Below, piece after piece: positions 7,012 through 14,858 of a stretch of DNA of 26,033 nucleotides. The notes beneath the pieces are model-generated. The model had not been told where the DNA came from and did no database searches. It saw nothing but the letters and a program-made list of their open reading frames with translations. The position numbers were made by a program, and so were the translations under genes. Location of the stretch: IMG/VR virus record IMGVR_UViG_3300028586_000071, positions 1 through 26,033 of that record. One strand, written 5' to 3'. Within the stretch, counting starts at the first letter, position 1. Each line of letters starts with the position of its first letter. The stretch comes from a virus. Lineage: Duplodnaviria; Caudoviricetes.

Positions 7012-7680
7012 TCAAATACTCGGCCTAAAAGCCGATTTAGGAATGTGACCAAGTACCAGGTGGAGCGCCGTGATCTCCTCGATGTCGACGATGATGTTCG
7101 GGAAGTCTTTGTTCACCGATTCAAAGCATGCCTGCTCATCTCGCTTCCACAGCAGCCGTTTGATCATTCGGCGCCCGTCCTCGAGCAGCACGATCACCTC
7201 GTCGCTGGGGAAGACATCCGCGCAAGGGTCCACGCCCACGAACTCGCCTGGCAGATACCGAGGACTCATGCTCTCGCCGCGCACGCGCAGCGCGTAGGCC
7301 TCAACGCAGGACGTGTACCAGGCCATGTAGCCCTCCGGGTGCTCCGGAGGGAAATCGTCGATGTGAAGCAGCCCATCGGCGCCGGCCTGTACGCGGCCAG
7401 CCACTGGGATCAACCGCGGGGTAGCGACGATTGCCGGCGCGTCGTCGAGTTCGCTCCCAGCAGGGCCGCCGTCTTCGGAACGAGGAATCTCGCCCATCAA
7501 TTCCGAAAGGGACATATTCAGCCGCTTGGCTAGAGCCGGTAGTTTCGATGCTTCAGGCATGAACTTGCCACGCTCCCAGTCGGATACGTTGACCGACTTG
7601 ATGCCCCAAATATCCGCAATGTTCTGCTGAGTCAGCCCAAGCTCTTTGCGTCTCTGTTTAAGTATTTGCGGAAATTTCAT
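7012..7680 (-). CDS. cI: CI-like repressor (XRE HTH + S24 autopeptidase)
   Basis: LKQRRKELGLTQQNIA...VSDWERG HTH; VQAG cleavage site; GESMSP catalytic Ser; IKRL catalytic Lys. Confidence 0.96.
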   Translation of the reverse strand: MKFPQILKQRRKELGLTQQNIADIWGIKSVNVSDWERGKFMPEASKLPALAKRLNMSLSELMGEIPRSEDGGPAGSELDDAPAIVATPRLIPVAGRVQAGADGLLHIDDFPPEHPEGYMAWYTSCVEAYALRVRGESMSPRYLPGEFVGVDPCADVFPSDEVIVLLEDGRRMIKRLLWKRDEQACFESVNKDFPNIIVDIEEITALHLVLGHIPKSAFRPSI

Positions 7681-7681
7681 A

Positions 7682-7740
7682 AGGCTAAGCCTATCAAAAA
7701 TAATTCAGGTTAAGCCTTGACTTGATATTAGGTTTAACCT
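7682..7740. promoter_or_regulatory. OR: three repressor operators
   Basis: AGGCTAAGCCT (7682-7692), AGGTTAAGCCT (7707-7717), AGGTTTAACCT (7730-7740). Confidence 0.88.
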
Positions 7741-7746
7741 GATACT
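7717..7746 (+). promoter_or_regulatory. PR promoter
   Basis: TTGACT-18 bp-GATACT, with an operator in the spacer. Confidence 0.7.
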
Positions 7747-7752
7747 GTGCCC

Positions 7753-8007
7753 ATGAACACTCAAATCAAAGAGGCGCTTGACCGCGCCGGCGGCGTTGCT
7801 GCAGTCGCCGCCCACTTTCAGATCAGCCCCGTCTCCGTCTACGAGTGGATCAAGCGCGGCCTGGTCCCAGCTGAAAAGTGCCCGGAGATTGAAAAGCTCT
7901 CGGGGGGCGCTGCCCGATGCGAGGAGATGAACTGTCGTGTCGACTGGGGATATTTGCGCACCCCCGCATCTCCCACGAGCCAGCCCGGCCCAGCCACTGC
8001 GGACTAG
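7753..8007 (+). CDS. cro: Cro-like regulator (YdaS/Cro superfamily)
   Basis: AGGVAAVAAHFQISPVSVYEWIKRGLVPAEKCPEIE...VDWGYLR; divergent from cI. ATG 7753 preferred over GTG 7747. Confidence 0.92.
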   Translation: MNTQIKEALDRAGGVAAVAAHFQISPVSVYEWIKRGLVPAEKCPEIEKLSGGAARCEEMNCRVDWGYLRTPASPTSQPGPATAD

Positions 8008-8116
8008 CCAGTTCAGCATCTTGAGCCGCTTGGTCCGCAGTCAGGTTGGTAGTCGGTTTCATGGTCGTGGGTAGCTCTTCAGTGTCGTTAGATTAACTTT
8101 CTATTTAGAAAAAGTC

Positions 8117-8689
8117 ATGAATATCAATCCTCAGCCAAACGGCATCGCAAGCATCCTCCGCAACGAGATCGAAGCCTGGCGCCGCGCTGGCAACGTCAGC
8201 CGCGAGGCGGTGGGCGCCGCCGTGATCGATGCGCATGCTGAGCTGGGCGGCGAGGCCGCGACCGGCGTGGAGTTCGTCTTCACCGGCGACACCTACACCC
8301 AGGCGAAGAAGGCGGCGCAGAAGCTGTTCCGCTGGCTGGACTCCGGCGACACGCTGCCGGCAAACATGGTGCCGGCGATCCTGGCGGTGCTGCCGCTGGA
8401 CGTGCGCCTGCACTGCCTGAACCAGATGTTCCGCCCGCTGGGCGCAGAGGCCCGCAGCCTGGAGGCGGTGGCGCCGGCGCGCTTCGACGGCATGGCGCAC
8501 CTGCAGGCCATGGTGAAGGAGGGCGGCGAGGCCAAGTCGGCAGTGATCGCGGCGATCAGCGCGCCGACTGCGGAGGCGCTCAGCACTGCCATCAAGGAAG
8601 TGACCGAATCGATCGAGGCCGATACGGCTGCCAAGCGCGCGCTTGAGGCGGCGCTGGCCGGCGCCCAGGCCGCGCACCAGTCGACGTAA
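8117..8689 (+). CDS. CII-position regulator (YmfL/CII-like)
   Basis: 190 aa helical protein directly after cro. The call rests mainly on position and the ...KEGGEAKSAVI...IKEVTESIEA helical tail. Confidence 0.6.
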   Translation: MNINPQPNGIASILRNEIEAWRRAGNVSREAVGAAVIDAHAELGGEAATGVEFVFTGDTYTQAKKAAQKLFRWLDSGDTLPANMVPAILAVLPLDVRLHCLNQMFRPLGAEARSLEAVAPARFDGMAHLQAMVKEGGEAKSAVIAAISAPTAEALSTAIKEVTESIEADTAAKRALEAALAGAQAAHQST

Positions 8690-8745
8690 GCAGGCCCAGG
8701 CGGCGGGGCGCGCCGTCACCAATACAACGAGAACAGGGAGGGAAG

Positions 8746-9030
8746 ATGAGCAATGCAACCGCAGCCCCAGTGGGCGAGACCGCCGAGGCGTTCAATCCGG
8801 CCGCGCTGCTGGACACGCTGATCACGACGCTGCGCCTGAAGAACGACGCGCGCCTGGCGGCCGCGCTGGAAGTGGCGCCGCCGGTGATCAGCAAGATCCG
8901 CCACGGCCGCCTGCCGGTGGGCGCTTCGATGCTGATCCGGATGCACGAGGTGAGCGAGATGTCGATCCGCGACCTGCGCGCCCTGATGGGCGACCGCCGC
9001 AAGCAGTTCCGCGCGGCCGGGTCGATGTAG
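8746..9030 (+). CDS. Small XRE-like HTH protein
   Basis: LKNDARLAAALEVAPPVISKIRHG HTH; RBS GGAGG. Confidence 0.85.
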   Translation: MSNATAAPVGETAEAFNPAALLDTLITTLRLKNDARLAAALEVAPPVISKIRHGRLPVGASMLIRMHEVSEMSIRDLRALMGDRRKQFRAAGSM

Positions 9031-9052
9031 GGAAGGTGTAGCAGAAATGACA

Positions 9053-9077
9053 AAGCCCGGCGGCAACCGGGCTTCTT
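9053..9077 (+). terminator. tR-like hairpin
   Basis: AAGCCCGG-CGGCAA-CCGGGCTT then CTT. Confidence 0.55.
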
Positions 9078-9104
9078 GAAACTAGTACAACAACGGAGAA
9101 ACGC

Positions 9105-9560
9105 ATGTTAGCACAACCTATTTCGCCGGCGGCGCAAACCGGCGAAGATCAGTCTTCGCACGCCGTCTTCGCGCCGCGTGAGGCGCACCAGAAGCTGGCC
9201 TTTATTGGCCTTCTGGGCGCCGCCCGCACCGTGGCCACCTACCTCCAGAAGCTCCATGACGAGCCGACCCGCTGCGTTGACGCGGACCACTACCGCGCGG
9301 TCGCCGGCCTGTTCGAGCAGATCAAGCGCGCCGAGGCCTTGGGCCTGACCTGGGTGGGCGCTGACCAGCTGGCTGCCGCCGGCACGTCGGCGGTCGATCT
9401 GTGGTCGGTGCTGATCGAGCCGTTCACCGCGACTTCGCTCGAAGATCTGGTGCAGCAGAACGACTGGCTCCGCCCGGGCGACGTGGTCTACAAGGCCGGC
9501 ACCATCTACCGCCACACCCTGACGGAAACCGATTTCGCCGTTGCCCGGAGCGCAGGATGA
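9105..9560 (+). CDS. Hypothetical protein
   Basis: 151 aa; RBS GGAG; ATGA-coupled to the next gene. Confidence 0.8.
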   Translation: MLAQPISPAAQTGEDQSSHAVFAPREAHQKLAFIGLLGAARTVATYLQKLHDEPTRCVDADHYRAVAGLFEQIKRAEALGLTWVGADQLAAAGTSAVDLWSVLIEPFTATSLEDLVQQNDWLRPGDVVYKAGTIYRHTLTETDFAVARSAG

Positions 9561-10030
9561 CCCGCGCCCGCCACGTCACCCACCGCCAGACCGTCCAGCG
9601 CATCGAGCGCCTGCGCGCCGTGGTTACCGCGCTGCTGGCCGGCGACCTGCCCGGGCCTGATCTCGCCGAAGTCCTGGGCCTGAGCCCGGCCGGCTCCCGC
9701 AAGTACGTCCGCGAGCTGAGCGGCGCCGGCATCATCGCCCTGGCTGTTCCGCTCGACGGCGCTGTCTCGGTCGTGCGCCGCGTGTTCACCCTGGCCGTGA
9801 CCCAAGAGCAGGCGCGCGCCTACCTGGCCGACCTGACGGTCACGGCGCCGATCCGCGCGGCCAAGCCGTCGAAGTCGGCGATGAGCGTCGCCATGCGCGA
9901 CTCGACCCGCCACGTGCACCTGATGAAGCACGACGTGCAGTTCTCGATTCGCCTGAACCGCACCCCGCCGATGCGCGACCCGCTGGTGGCGGCTTTCTTC
10001 GGCGCCGGCCAGCACCAGGTGCGCGCATGA
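9557..10030 (+). CDS. Winged-HTH domain protein
   Basis: Real start ATG 9557 (ATGA overlap); DLAEVLGLSPAGSRKYVRELSGAGII HTH. Confidence 0.8.
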   Translation: MTRARHVTHRQTVQRIERLRAVVTALLAGDLPGPDLAEVLGLSPAGSRKYVRELSGAGIIALAVPLDGAVSVVRRVFTLAVTQEQARAYLADLTVTAPIRAAKPSKSAMSVAMRDSTRHVHLMKHDVQFSIRLNRTPPMRDPLVAAFFGAGQHQVRA

Positions 10031-10140
10031 GCTACGCCACCCATTCCATGCCGCGCTGCGTGGCCTGTGGTCGGCTTGTGGGTGACGCCCACGCCGGCGG
10101 CTGCAAGTTCGCTCGGTACACGATCCGGAGGGCTGCGTAA
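10027..10140 (+). CDS. 37-aa zinc-finger peptide (not in ORF track)
   Basis: MSYATHSMPRCVACGRLVGDAHAGGCKFARYTIRRAA; ATGA and TAATG coupling. Confidence 0.65.
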   Translation: MSYATHSMPRCVACGRLVGDAHAGGCKFARYTIRRAA

Positions 10141-10565
10141 TGGCCGACCCGAAAAACTACCGCCCGAAGCCCGGCTCGATTCCCGACCTGATGGGCGCCT
10201 ACCTCTACGCGCACGGCGCCACGCCGGACAGCATCCTTGCTGCCCAGGTAGGGGCAGGCGGCACCCCTGACCAGCAGGTCGAGGCGGTGCAGCGCGGCCT
10301 GCGCACCGGCTGGCTCACGACGACCCAGGATGACCGGGTCGACTGCAGCGACCTGGCGCGCGCGCACTACGACCGCCTGGCCGGGATCGTCCGGGTGAAG
10401 CCCATGGGCGAGATCGCCGCGCCGCGCGAGGCCGTCAACGCTTTCGACCGCCCGCCGCTGCGCAAAGCGTACATGCTGAACTCGCGCGGCATCCGAGAGG
10501 TGGATCCTCGCTTCCAGCGGCCGGCTGGGTTCGGCTTCAAGCACCTGAGCGGGGGCAAGGCCTGA
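10140..10565 (+). CDS. Hypothetical protein, possibly winged-helix
   Basis: 141 aa; RBS GGAGG; coupled on both sides. Confidence 0.8.
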   Translation: MADPKNYRPKPGSIPDLMGAYLYAHGATPDSILAAQVGAGGTPDQQVEAVQRGLRTGWLTTTQDDRVDCSDLARAHYDRLAGIVRVKPMGEIAAPREAVNAFDRPPLRKAYMLNSRGIREVDPRFQRPAGFGFKHLSGGKA

Positions 10566-11029
10566 TGCGCCGCACGGCTCTCGAGCGCAAGACGCCGCTG
10601 AAGTCGGCCGGCTTCAAGCGCGCGGAGCGGAAGGAAGCGAACGCGGTGGTGAAGCTGCGGAAGGCCATGAGCTCGCGCGGGATGAAGGGGCGGGCGCCGA
10701 CGGCGGAGGAGGCGCGCTTCATGGATGCGATCGCCGGGCTGGGGTGCGTGGCATGCCGGAAGGACGGCTGGCACAACCCGGACGTGAGCATCCACCACAT
10801 CGACGGCAGGACGAAGCCGGGCGCGCACATCCTGGTGCTGCCGCTGTGCGCGGGCCACCACCAGGATGGAACCGGGCCGAATACCACGCTGATCGCGGTG
10901 CACCCGTACAAGGCGCGCTTCGAGGCCCGGTACGGCGCCCAGCGCGCGCTGCTGGCCGAGTGCATCGCGATGCTGCCAGCGGCAATTGAAATCACGAGGG
11001 AGGCGGCGCCTGCCGTCACCCACAACTAA
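10565..11029 (+). CDS. ref: Ref-family recombination-enhancement (RecA-dependent HNH) nuclease
   Basis: Basic N-tail, GCVAC...IHHIDG...LPLCAGHH...HPYKARFEARYG. Confidence 0.85.
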   Translation: MRRTALERKTPLKSAGFKRAERKEANAVVKLRKAMSSRGMKGRAPTAEEARFMDAIAGLGCVACRKDGWHNPDVSIHHIDGRTKPGAHILVLPLCAGHHQDGTGPNTTLIAVHPYKARFEARYGAQRALLAECIAMLPAAIEITREAAPAVTHN

Positions 11030-11049
11030 TAAATTAAACGGAGAACAAC

Positions 11050-11460
11050 ATGGGTGCATTTTGCGTTTTTGGCGTGAGCCGGCAGGTCTGCCGCAAGACG
11101 GCGGAAAAGAATGTTCCTACTCGCTGCCCGAAACTCGGGCGGGAGCTGACGGCGGCCGAGTGGGGCGCGCGAGTGTTCGAGGAGACTGCGCGCATCTTCG
11201 CGGCCTCGGAAAAGCAGGTGCGCATTTCGCCCGAGCTCGACGCGCCGCAATTCTGCCGCGATTGGATCGCCGCACAGCCGGGCGAGGTGAAGCTGACGAA
11301 GTTGATGTGCCGTGGCCCTAAGATGGACAAGCACGGCGCGCCGGTCATCCGCGATGGCGCGCCGGTCCTGACCTGGCTGCCATTCGACGAAAACACCGTG
11401 TGGCCCCGCCCGTTTGGCGAGCCGTCGGCCACACCTGCCCGCGAGTTGGTTGCCGCTTAG
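11050..11460 (+). CDS. Hypothetical protein
   Basis: 136 aa; RBS GGAG. Confidence 0.8.
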   Translation: MGAFCVFGVSRQVCRKTAEKNVPTRCPKLGRELTAAEWGARVFEETARIFAASEKQVRISPELDAPQFCRDWIAAQPGEVKLTKLMCRGPKMDKHGAPVIRDGAPVLTWLPFDENTVWPRPFGEPSATPARELVAA

Positions 11461-11488
11461 TGCGGCCCTTGCATTGAAAGGAAGCGAC

Positions 11489-12220
11489 ATGGGAAGCATG
11501 CTGACCCTGCCCCACACTGGCGCCGCCGAGCAGACGATGTCGAGCCGCGAGATCGCCGACATCTGCGAGGCGCGCCACAACGACGTCATCGCCACGATCG
11601 AGCGCCTGATCAACGAGGGGGTTTTACGACTTGGTCGTAATACTGCCCGTGCGCACGTGCCCGACGGCGGCGGCCGGCCGACGATGGTCTATGACCTGTG
11701 CCGCCGCGACTGCCTGGTGGTGGTCTCGGGCTACAACGCCGCGCTGCGCGCCCGGATCATCGATCGCTGGATGGAACTGGAAGCCGCGGCGCCGGCGCTG
11801 GCATTGCCGCAATCGTTCGCCGCCGCGCTGCGCCTGGCCGCCGACCAGCAGGACATCATCACCGCCCAGGCCGCGCAGCTGCAGGCCGCGGCGCCGGCGG
11901 TGGAGTTCGTGGAGCGCTACGCCGACTCGACCGGCACGAAGGGCTTCCGCCAGGTGGCGAAGCTGCTGGGCGCCAACGAGAACCAGTTCCGCGAGTTCCT
12001 GCTCGACGAGAAGATCCTGTATCGGCTCGGCCGCGAGCTGACGCCGCATGCCCAGCACATCACCGCCGGCCGCTTCTGCGTCAAGGCCGGCACCGCCCAG
12101 GTCAGCGGCCACGCCTACAACGCCGCGCGCTTTACCCCCAAGGGCGTGACCTGGGTGGCGGGCGAGTGGGCGAAGTGGCAGCTGAAGCAGAAACAGGCGG
12201 GGGAGGTGGCCTATGGTTGA
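11489..12220 (+). CDS. Antirepressor-like protein: Rha N-terminal + KilAC/ANT C-terminal domain
   Basis: TMSSREIA...HNDV...SGYNAALRARIIDRWMELE; LPQSFAAALRLAAD; APAVEFVE...FTPKGVTWV. Start ATG 11489 with AAAGGA RBS. Confidence 0.9.
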   Translation: MGSMLTLPHTGAAEQTMSSREIADICEARHNDVIATIERLINEGVLRLGRNTARAHVPDGGGRPTMVYDLCRRDCLVVVSGYNAALRARIIDRWMELEAAAPALALPQSFAAALRLAADQQDIITAQAAQLQAAAPAVEFVERYADSTGTKGFRQVAKLLGANENQFREFLLDEKILYRLGRELTPHAQHITAGRFCVKAGTAQVSGHAYNAARFTPKGVTWVAGEWAKWQLKQKQAGEVAYG

Positions 12221-12893
12221 CCGTGCATCCCTGCGCCAGATGGCTGAGACCATGCCGGCGGTGCTGGTCGACGCGGCGACGCTGATCGAGCTGCTGGACG
12301 CTGCCGACCGCGCGACGAAAGCCAAGGCGCCGCGCGCGCCGCGTCAGGCCAACGACGATGACGAGAAGTGTGCGCGCTGGCTCTACGGCGCCATCCTCAA
12401 CACCGCCCCCAAGTTCAAGGAACCGAACTTCAAGGCCTGGGCCAACGAGGTGCGCCTGATGCGCGAGCGCGACGACCGCACGCACCGTGAGATGTGCGAA
12501 CTCCTGCAGTGGGCACACACCATCCCCTTCTGGCGCGGGAACATCCTCAGCCCGGCGAAGCTGCGCGAGCACTGGGACCGCCTGACGATCCAGCGTGACG
12601 CTGCGGCCGCGCCGAAGCCGGCCGCCACCGCGCCATGGTGGACGAGCGAGGCGGCAAAGCTGGCTAAGGCGAACGAGGTGGGGGTCGGGCCCGCGCGTAT
12701 TGGTGAATCGACGGCAGCTTGGGAGACGCGCATTCGCGCGGCGATCGACAATGGCGGGAAGCCGCCGGCGCCCCAGGTGCGCATCCGGCCCACGGCCGAC
12801 GCGGCAAACACGCAGGAGCAGCGCGGCATGATGCCGGCCGGGCTCAACCTCAAGGCCTTGATTCGCCCAGCGCCGCCCCCGAGGGCTGCATGA
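12213..12893 (+). CDS. Replication protein with lambda-O-like C-terminal domain only
   Basis: PNFKAWANEVRLMRERDDRTHREMCELLQWA...FWRGNILSPAKLREHWDRL closely follows the lambda O C-terminus as recalled; only ~45 aa precede this domain. Confidence 0.85.
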   Translation: MVDRASLRQMAETMPAVLVDAATLIELLDAADRATKAKAPRAPRQANDDDEKCARWLYGAILNTAPKFKEPNFKAWANEVRLMRERDDRTHREMCELLQWAHTIPFWRGNILSPAKLREHWDRLTIQRDAAAAPKPAATAPWWTSEAAKLAKANEVGVGPARIGESTAAWETRIRAAIDNGGKPPAPQVRIRPTADAANTQEQRGMMPAGLNLKALIRPAPPPRAA

Positions 12894-13192
12894 CGCTACA
12901 AACCTCGGGCTGGTCAGGTAGCAACCGACGCGGAGACGACATCTGCGCCATGTGCGAGAACCTGACCACAAAGGGCCATCCGGAACACATGGCGCGCGGG
13001 GAGGGACGGTGCACTGGATACGACGGCAGCTTTACGCCCCTGGCAAATCCGTTTGTCACCTGGGACACCGCTGCGTGCGTCCTCTTCACGCGCGCCCTGG
13101 GGAGCGATGCCCGCGCGGCGCGGGAGCGCTGGATCGAGAAGCAGCAAGCCAAGAGCGAAAACAATGATGTCCAAACTGAAACGAAAGGATGA
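12890..13192 (+). CDS. Cys-rich hypothetical protein, 100 aa
   Basis: Start ATG 12890 (ATGA overlap); CAMC...C...C pattern. Confidence 0.75.
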   Translation: MTLQTSGWSGSNRRGDDICAMCENLTTKGHPEHMARGEGRCTGYDGSFTPLANPFVTWDTAACVLFTRALGSDARAARERWIEKQQAKSENNDVQTETKG

Positions 13193-13193
13193 G

Positions 13194-13667
13194 ATGATCG
13201 ATTCGCATGAGAAGGAAGTGCTTCGTCCGCTGCCCGGCGTGAAGCCGACCAACCCGAAAGACATGGCCGGCGTGCGCAAGGCGCCGATGTCGACGGTGCC
13301 CGCAAACGTGCTGGTCGAGATCGGCGTGGCGATGCTGGAGGGCGCCAGTAAGTACGGTCGCCACAACTACCGCGCTGTGGGCGTGCGCGGCTCCGTCTAC
13401 TACGACGGCGTGATGCGCCACCTCATGGCCTGGTGGGAAGGCGAGGACCTGGACCCGGATTCGGGCATGTCGCACGTGACGAAGGCCATCACCTCGCTGG
13501 TGGTGCTGCGCGACGCGATGATGCAGGGGAAGTTCACGGACGACCGGCCGCCGCGTGCACTGCCGTTCTTCCCGACCCTGAACGCGGGCGCCGCCGATAT
13601 CATCGACCGGTACGCCGACCGCCAGCCGATCCACTACACGATCAGCTTCACCGGGCTGGCGGCATGA
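13194..13667 (+). CDS. dATP/dGTP diphosphohydrolase domain protein (DUF5664-like)
   Basis: NPKD...K.PM...GASKYGRHNYR...YYDGVMRHL.AWWEGEDLDPDSGMSH signature; start ATG 13194. Confidence 0.85.
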   Translation: MIDSHEKEVLRPLPGVKPTNPKDMAGVRKAPMSTVPANVLVEIGVAMLEGASKYGRHNYRAVGVRGSVYYDGVMRHLMAWWEGEDLDPDSGMSHVTKAITSLVVLRDAMMQGKFTDDRPPRALPFFPTLNAGAADIIDRYADRQPIHYTISFTGLAA

Positions 13668-14014
13668 CCCGGCAGAAGGCGATCCAGGCGCTGGGCCGCC
13701 TCAAGACCGGCGCCATGAACAAGACCGAGCAGGCCTACGCCGCCACGCTGGATGCGCGGCGCCACGCCGGCGAGGTGGCCTGGTTTAAGTTCGAAGGGGT
13801 CAAGCTGCGCCTGGCCGACAACACGTTCTACACACCGGATTTCGCGGTGATGCTCGCCGATGGCGCGCTGGAGATGCACGAGGTGAAGGGCTTCTGGCAG
13901 GACGACGCGCGGGCGAAGATCAAGATCGCGGCCGGCATGTACCCGATGCGCTTTCTGGCCATCCAGGTAAAGCCGAAAAAGGATGGCGGCGGCTGGTCGA
14001 TCGAGGAATTCTAG
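13664..14014 (+). CDS. DUF1064-like PD-(D/E)XK endonuclease
   Basis: MNKTE..YA...YTPDF...HEVKG; start ATG 13664 (ATGA overlap). Confidence 0.85.
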   Translation: MTRQKAIQALGRLKTGAMNKTEQAYAATLDARRHAGEVAWFKFEGVKLRLADNTFYTPDFAVMLADGALEMHEVKGFWQDDARAKIKIAAGMYPMRFLAIQVKPKKDGGGWSIEEF

Positions 14015-14126
14015 GGCGCCTCAGTCGTGCCAAAGTGCGACATCTTGTCATTTGGAAAAGTTCGGAACAGCAATGCTTTTCGATGCCGAATGGTAAGCTC
14101 ATCGGGCTTTCATCGGAGACATAACC

Positions 14127-14555
14127 ATGGCCCTTTCAGCTGCTCTCGGCATCATCCCAACACCAGCCCTGCGCCGAGTGCGCCGCGAGGAAGTGGCGCG
14201 TCCAGCGTTCGCCAAGCCCGACCCATATGGCCTGCTGATGGCTTGCTGGTCCGACTTCATGCGCACCGATGACCGCGACCTGAGCGGTAGCGGCATGAAG
14301 CTGCAGAGTGATGCAGTGGCAGACCGCAACGTGCACGACGATCAACGCGCCGCCGACATGAAAATCGGCGAGGCGGTCAATGCGATGGTCGACAGCCTGA
14401 TGGTGCAGCAGCGCTGGGCGATCTATAAAAGCCAGGGCATTTCGACCGCCTGGCGATTCTCGAATGCCAAGTATGAGGACGTGCTGTCCGATGCGCGCGA
14501 CGACCTCGAAAAGAAACTGCGGAACAACATTGCAACTCGGCTGTATTTTTCGTAA
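14127..14555 (+). CDS. Late antiterminator Q-like protein
   Basis: Last early gene; sigma-region-4-like tail (AVNAMVDSL..QQRWAIYK...LSDARDDL); followed immediately by a promoter and terminator. Confidence 0.7.
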   Translation: MALSAALGIIPTPALRRVRREEVARPAFAKPDPYGLLMACWSDFMRTDDRDLSGSGMKLQSDAVADRNVHDDQRAADMKIGEAVNAMVDSLMVQQRWAIYKSQGISTAWRFSNAKYEDVLSDARDDLEKKLRNNIATRLYFS

Positions 14556-14558
14556 ACT
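14530..14558 (+). promoter_or_regulatory. Late promoter pR'
   Basis: TTGCAA-17 bp-TAAACT overlapping the Q stop codon. Confidence 0.75.
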
Positions 14559-14587
14559 GTCGGTACTGGCTGACTTCGCTCGCCCAG

Positions 14588-14622
14588 AAAAAAGCTCGAA
14601 CCGTTAAACGTTCGGGCTTTTT
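14588..14622 (+). terminator. tR'-like terminator
   Basis: AAAAAGCTCGAAC...GTTCGGGCTTTTT, about 25 nt after the predicted start site. Confidence 0.8.
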
Positions 14623-14823
14623 GCGTTTACGGCCCACTTTGCAGATAGCTCTGGGGTGCGTGAAGCGGCTGAAGTCAGCGTGATCAATAGGCCGCATTCG
14701 TGGTCATCTATATAGAACACCTGAACTGGCACTGGCCAGAACAGACGGGCGCTCACCCAGGCGCGCCACGTCGCCGGACGCTGTAACCGGCAAGAATGTC
14801 TCTCCAGGTTCCCCGCCTGGTTC

Positions 14824-14858
14824 GCCGCCAACCGCTTCGATGCGCTGGCGGCTTTTTT
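14824..14858 (+). terminator. Second late-leader terminator
   Basis: GCCGCCA...TGGCGGC followed by T6. Confidence 0.75.

Noticed and set aside
13194-13667. Z-genome or 7-deazaguanine DNA modification system
   Set aside because: No purZ, dpdA, que or polymerase genes in the window.
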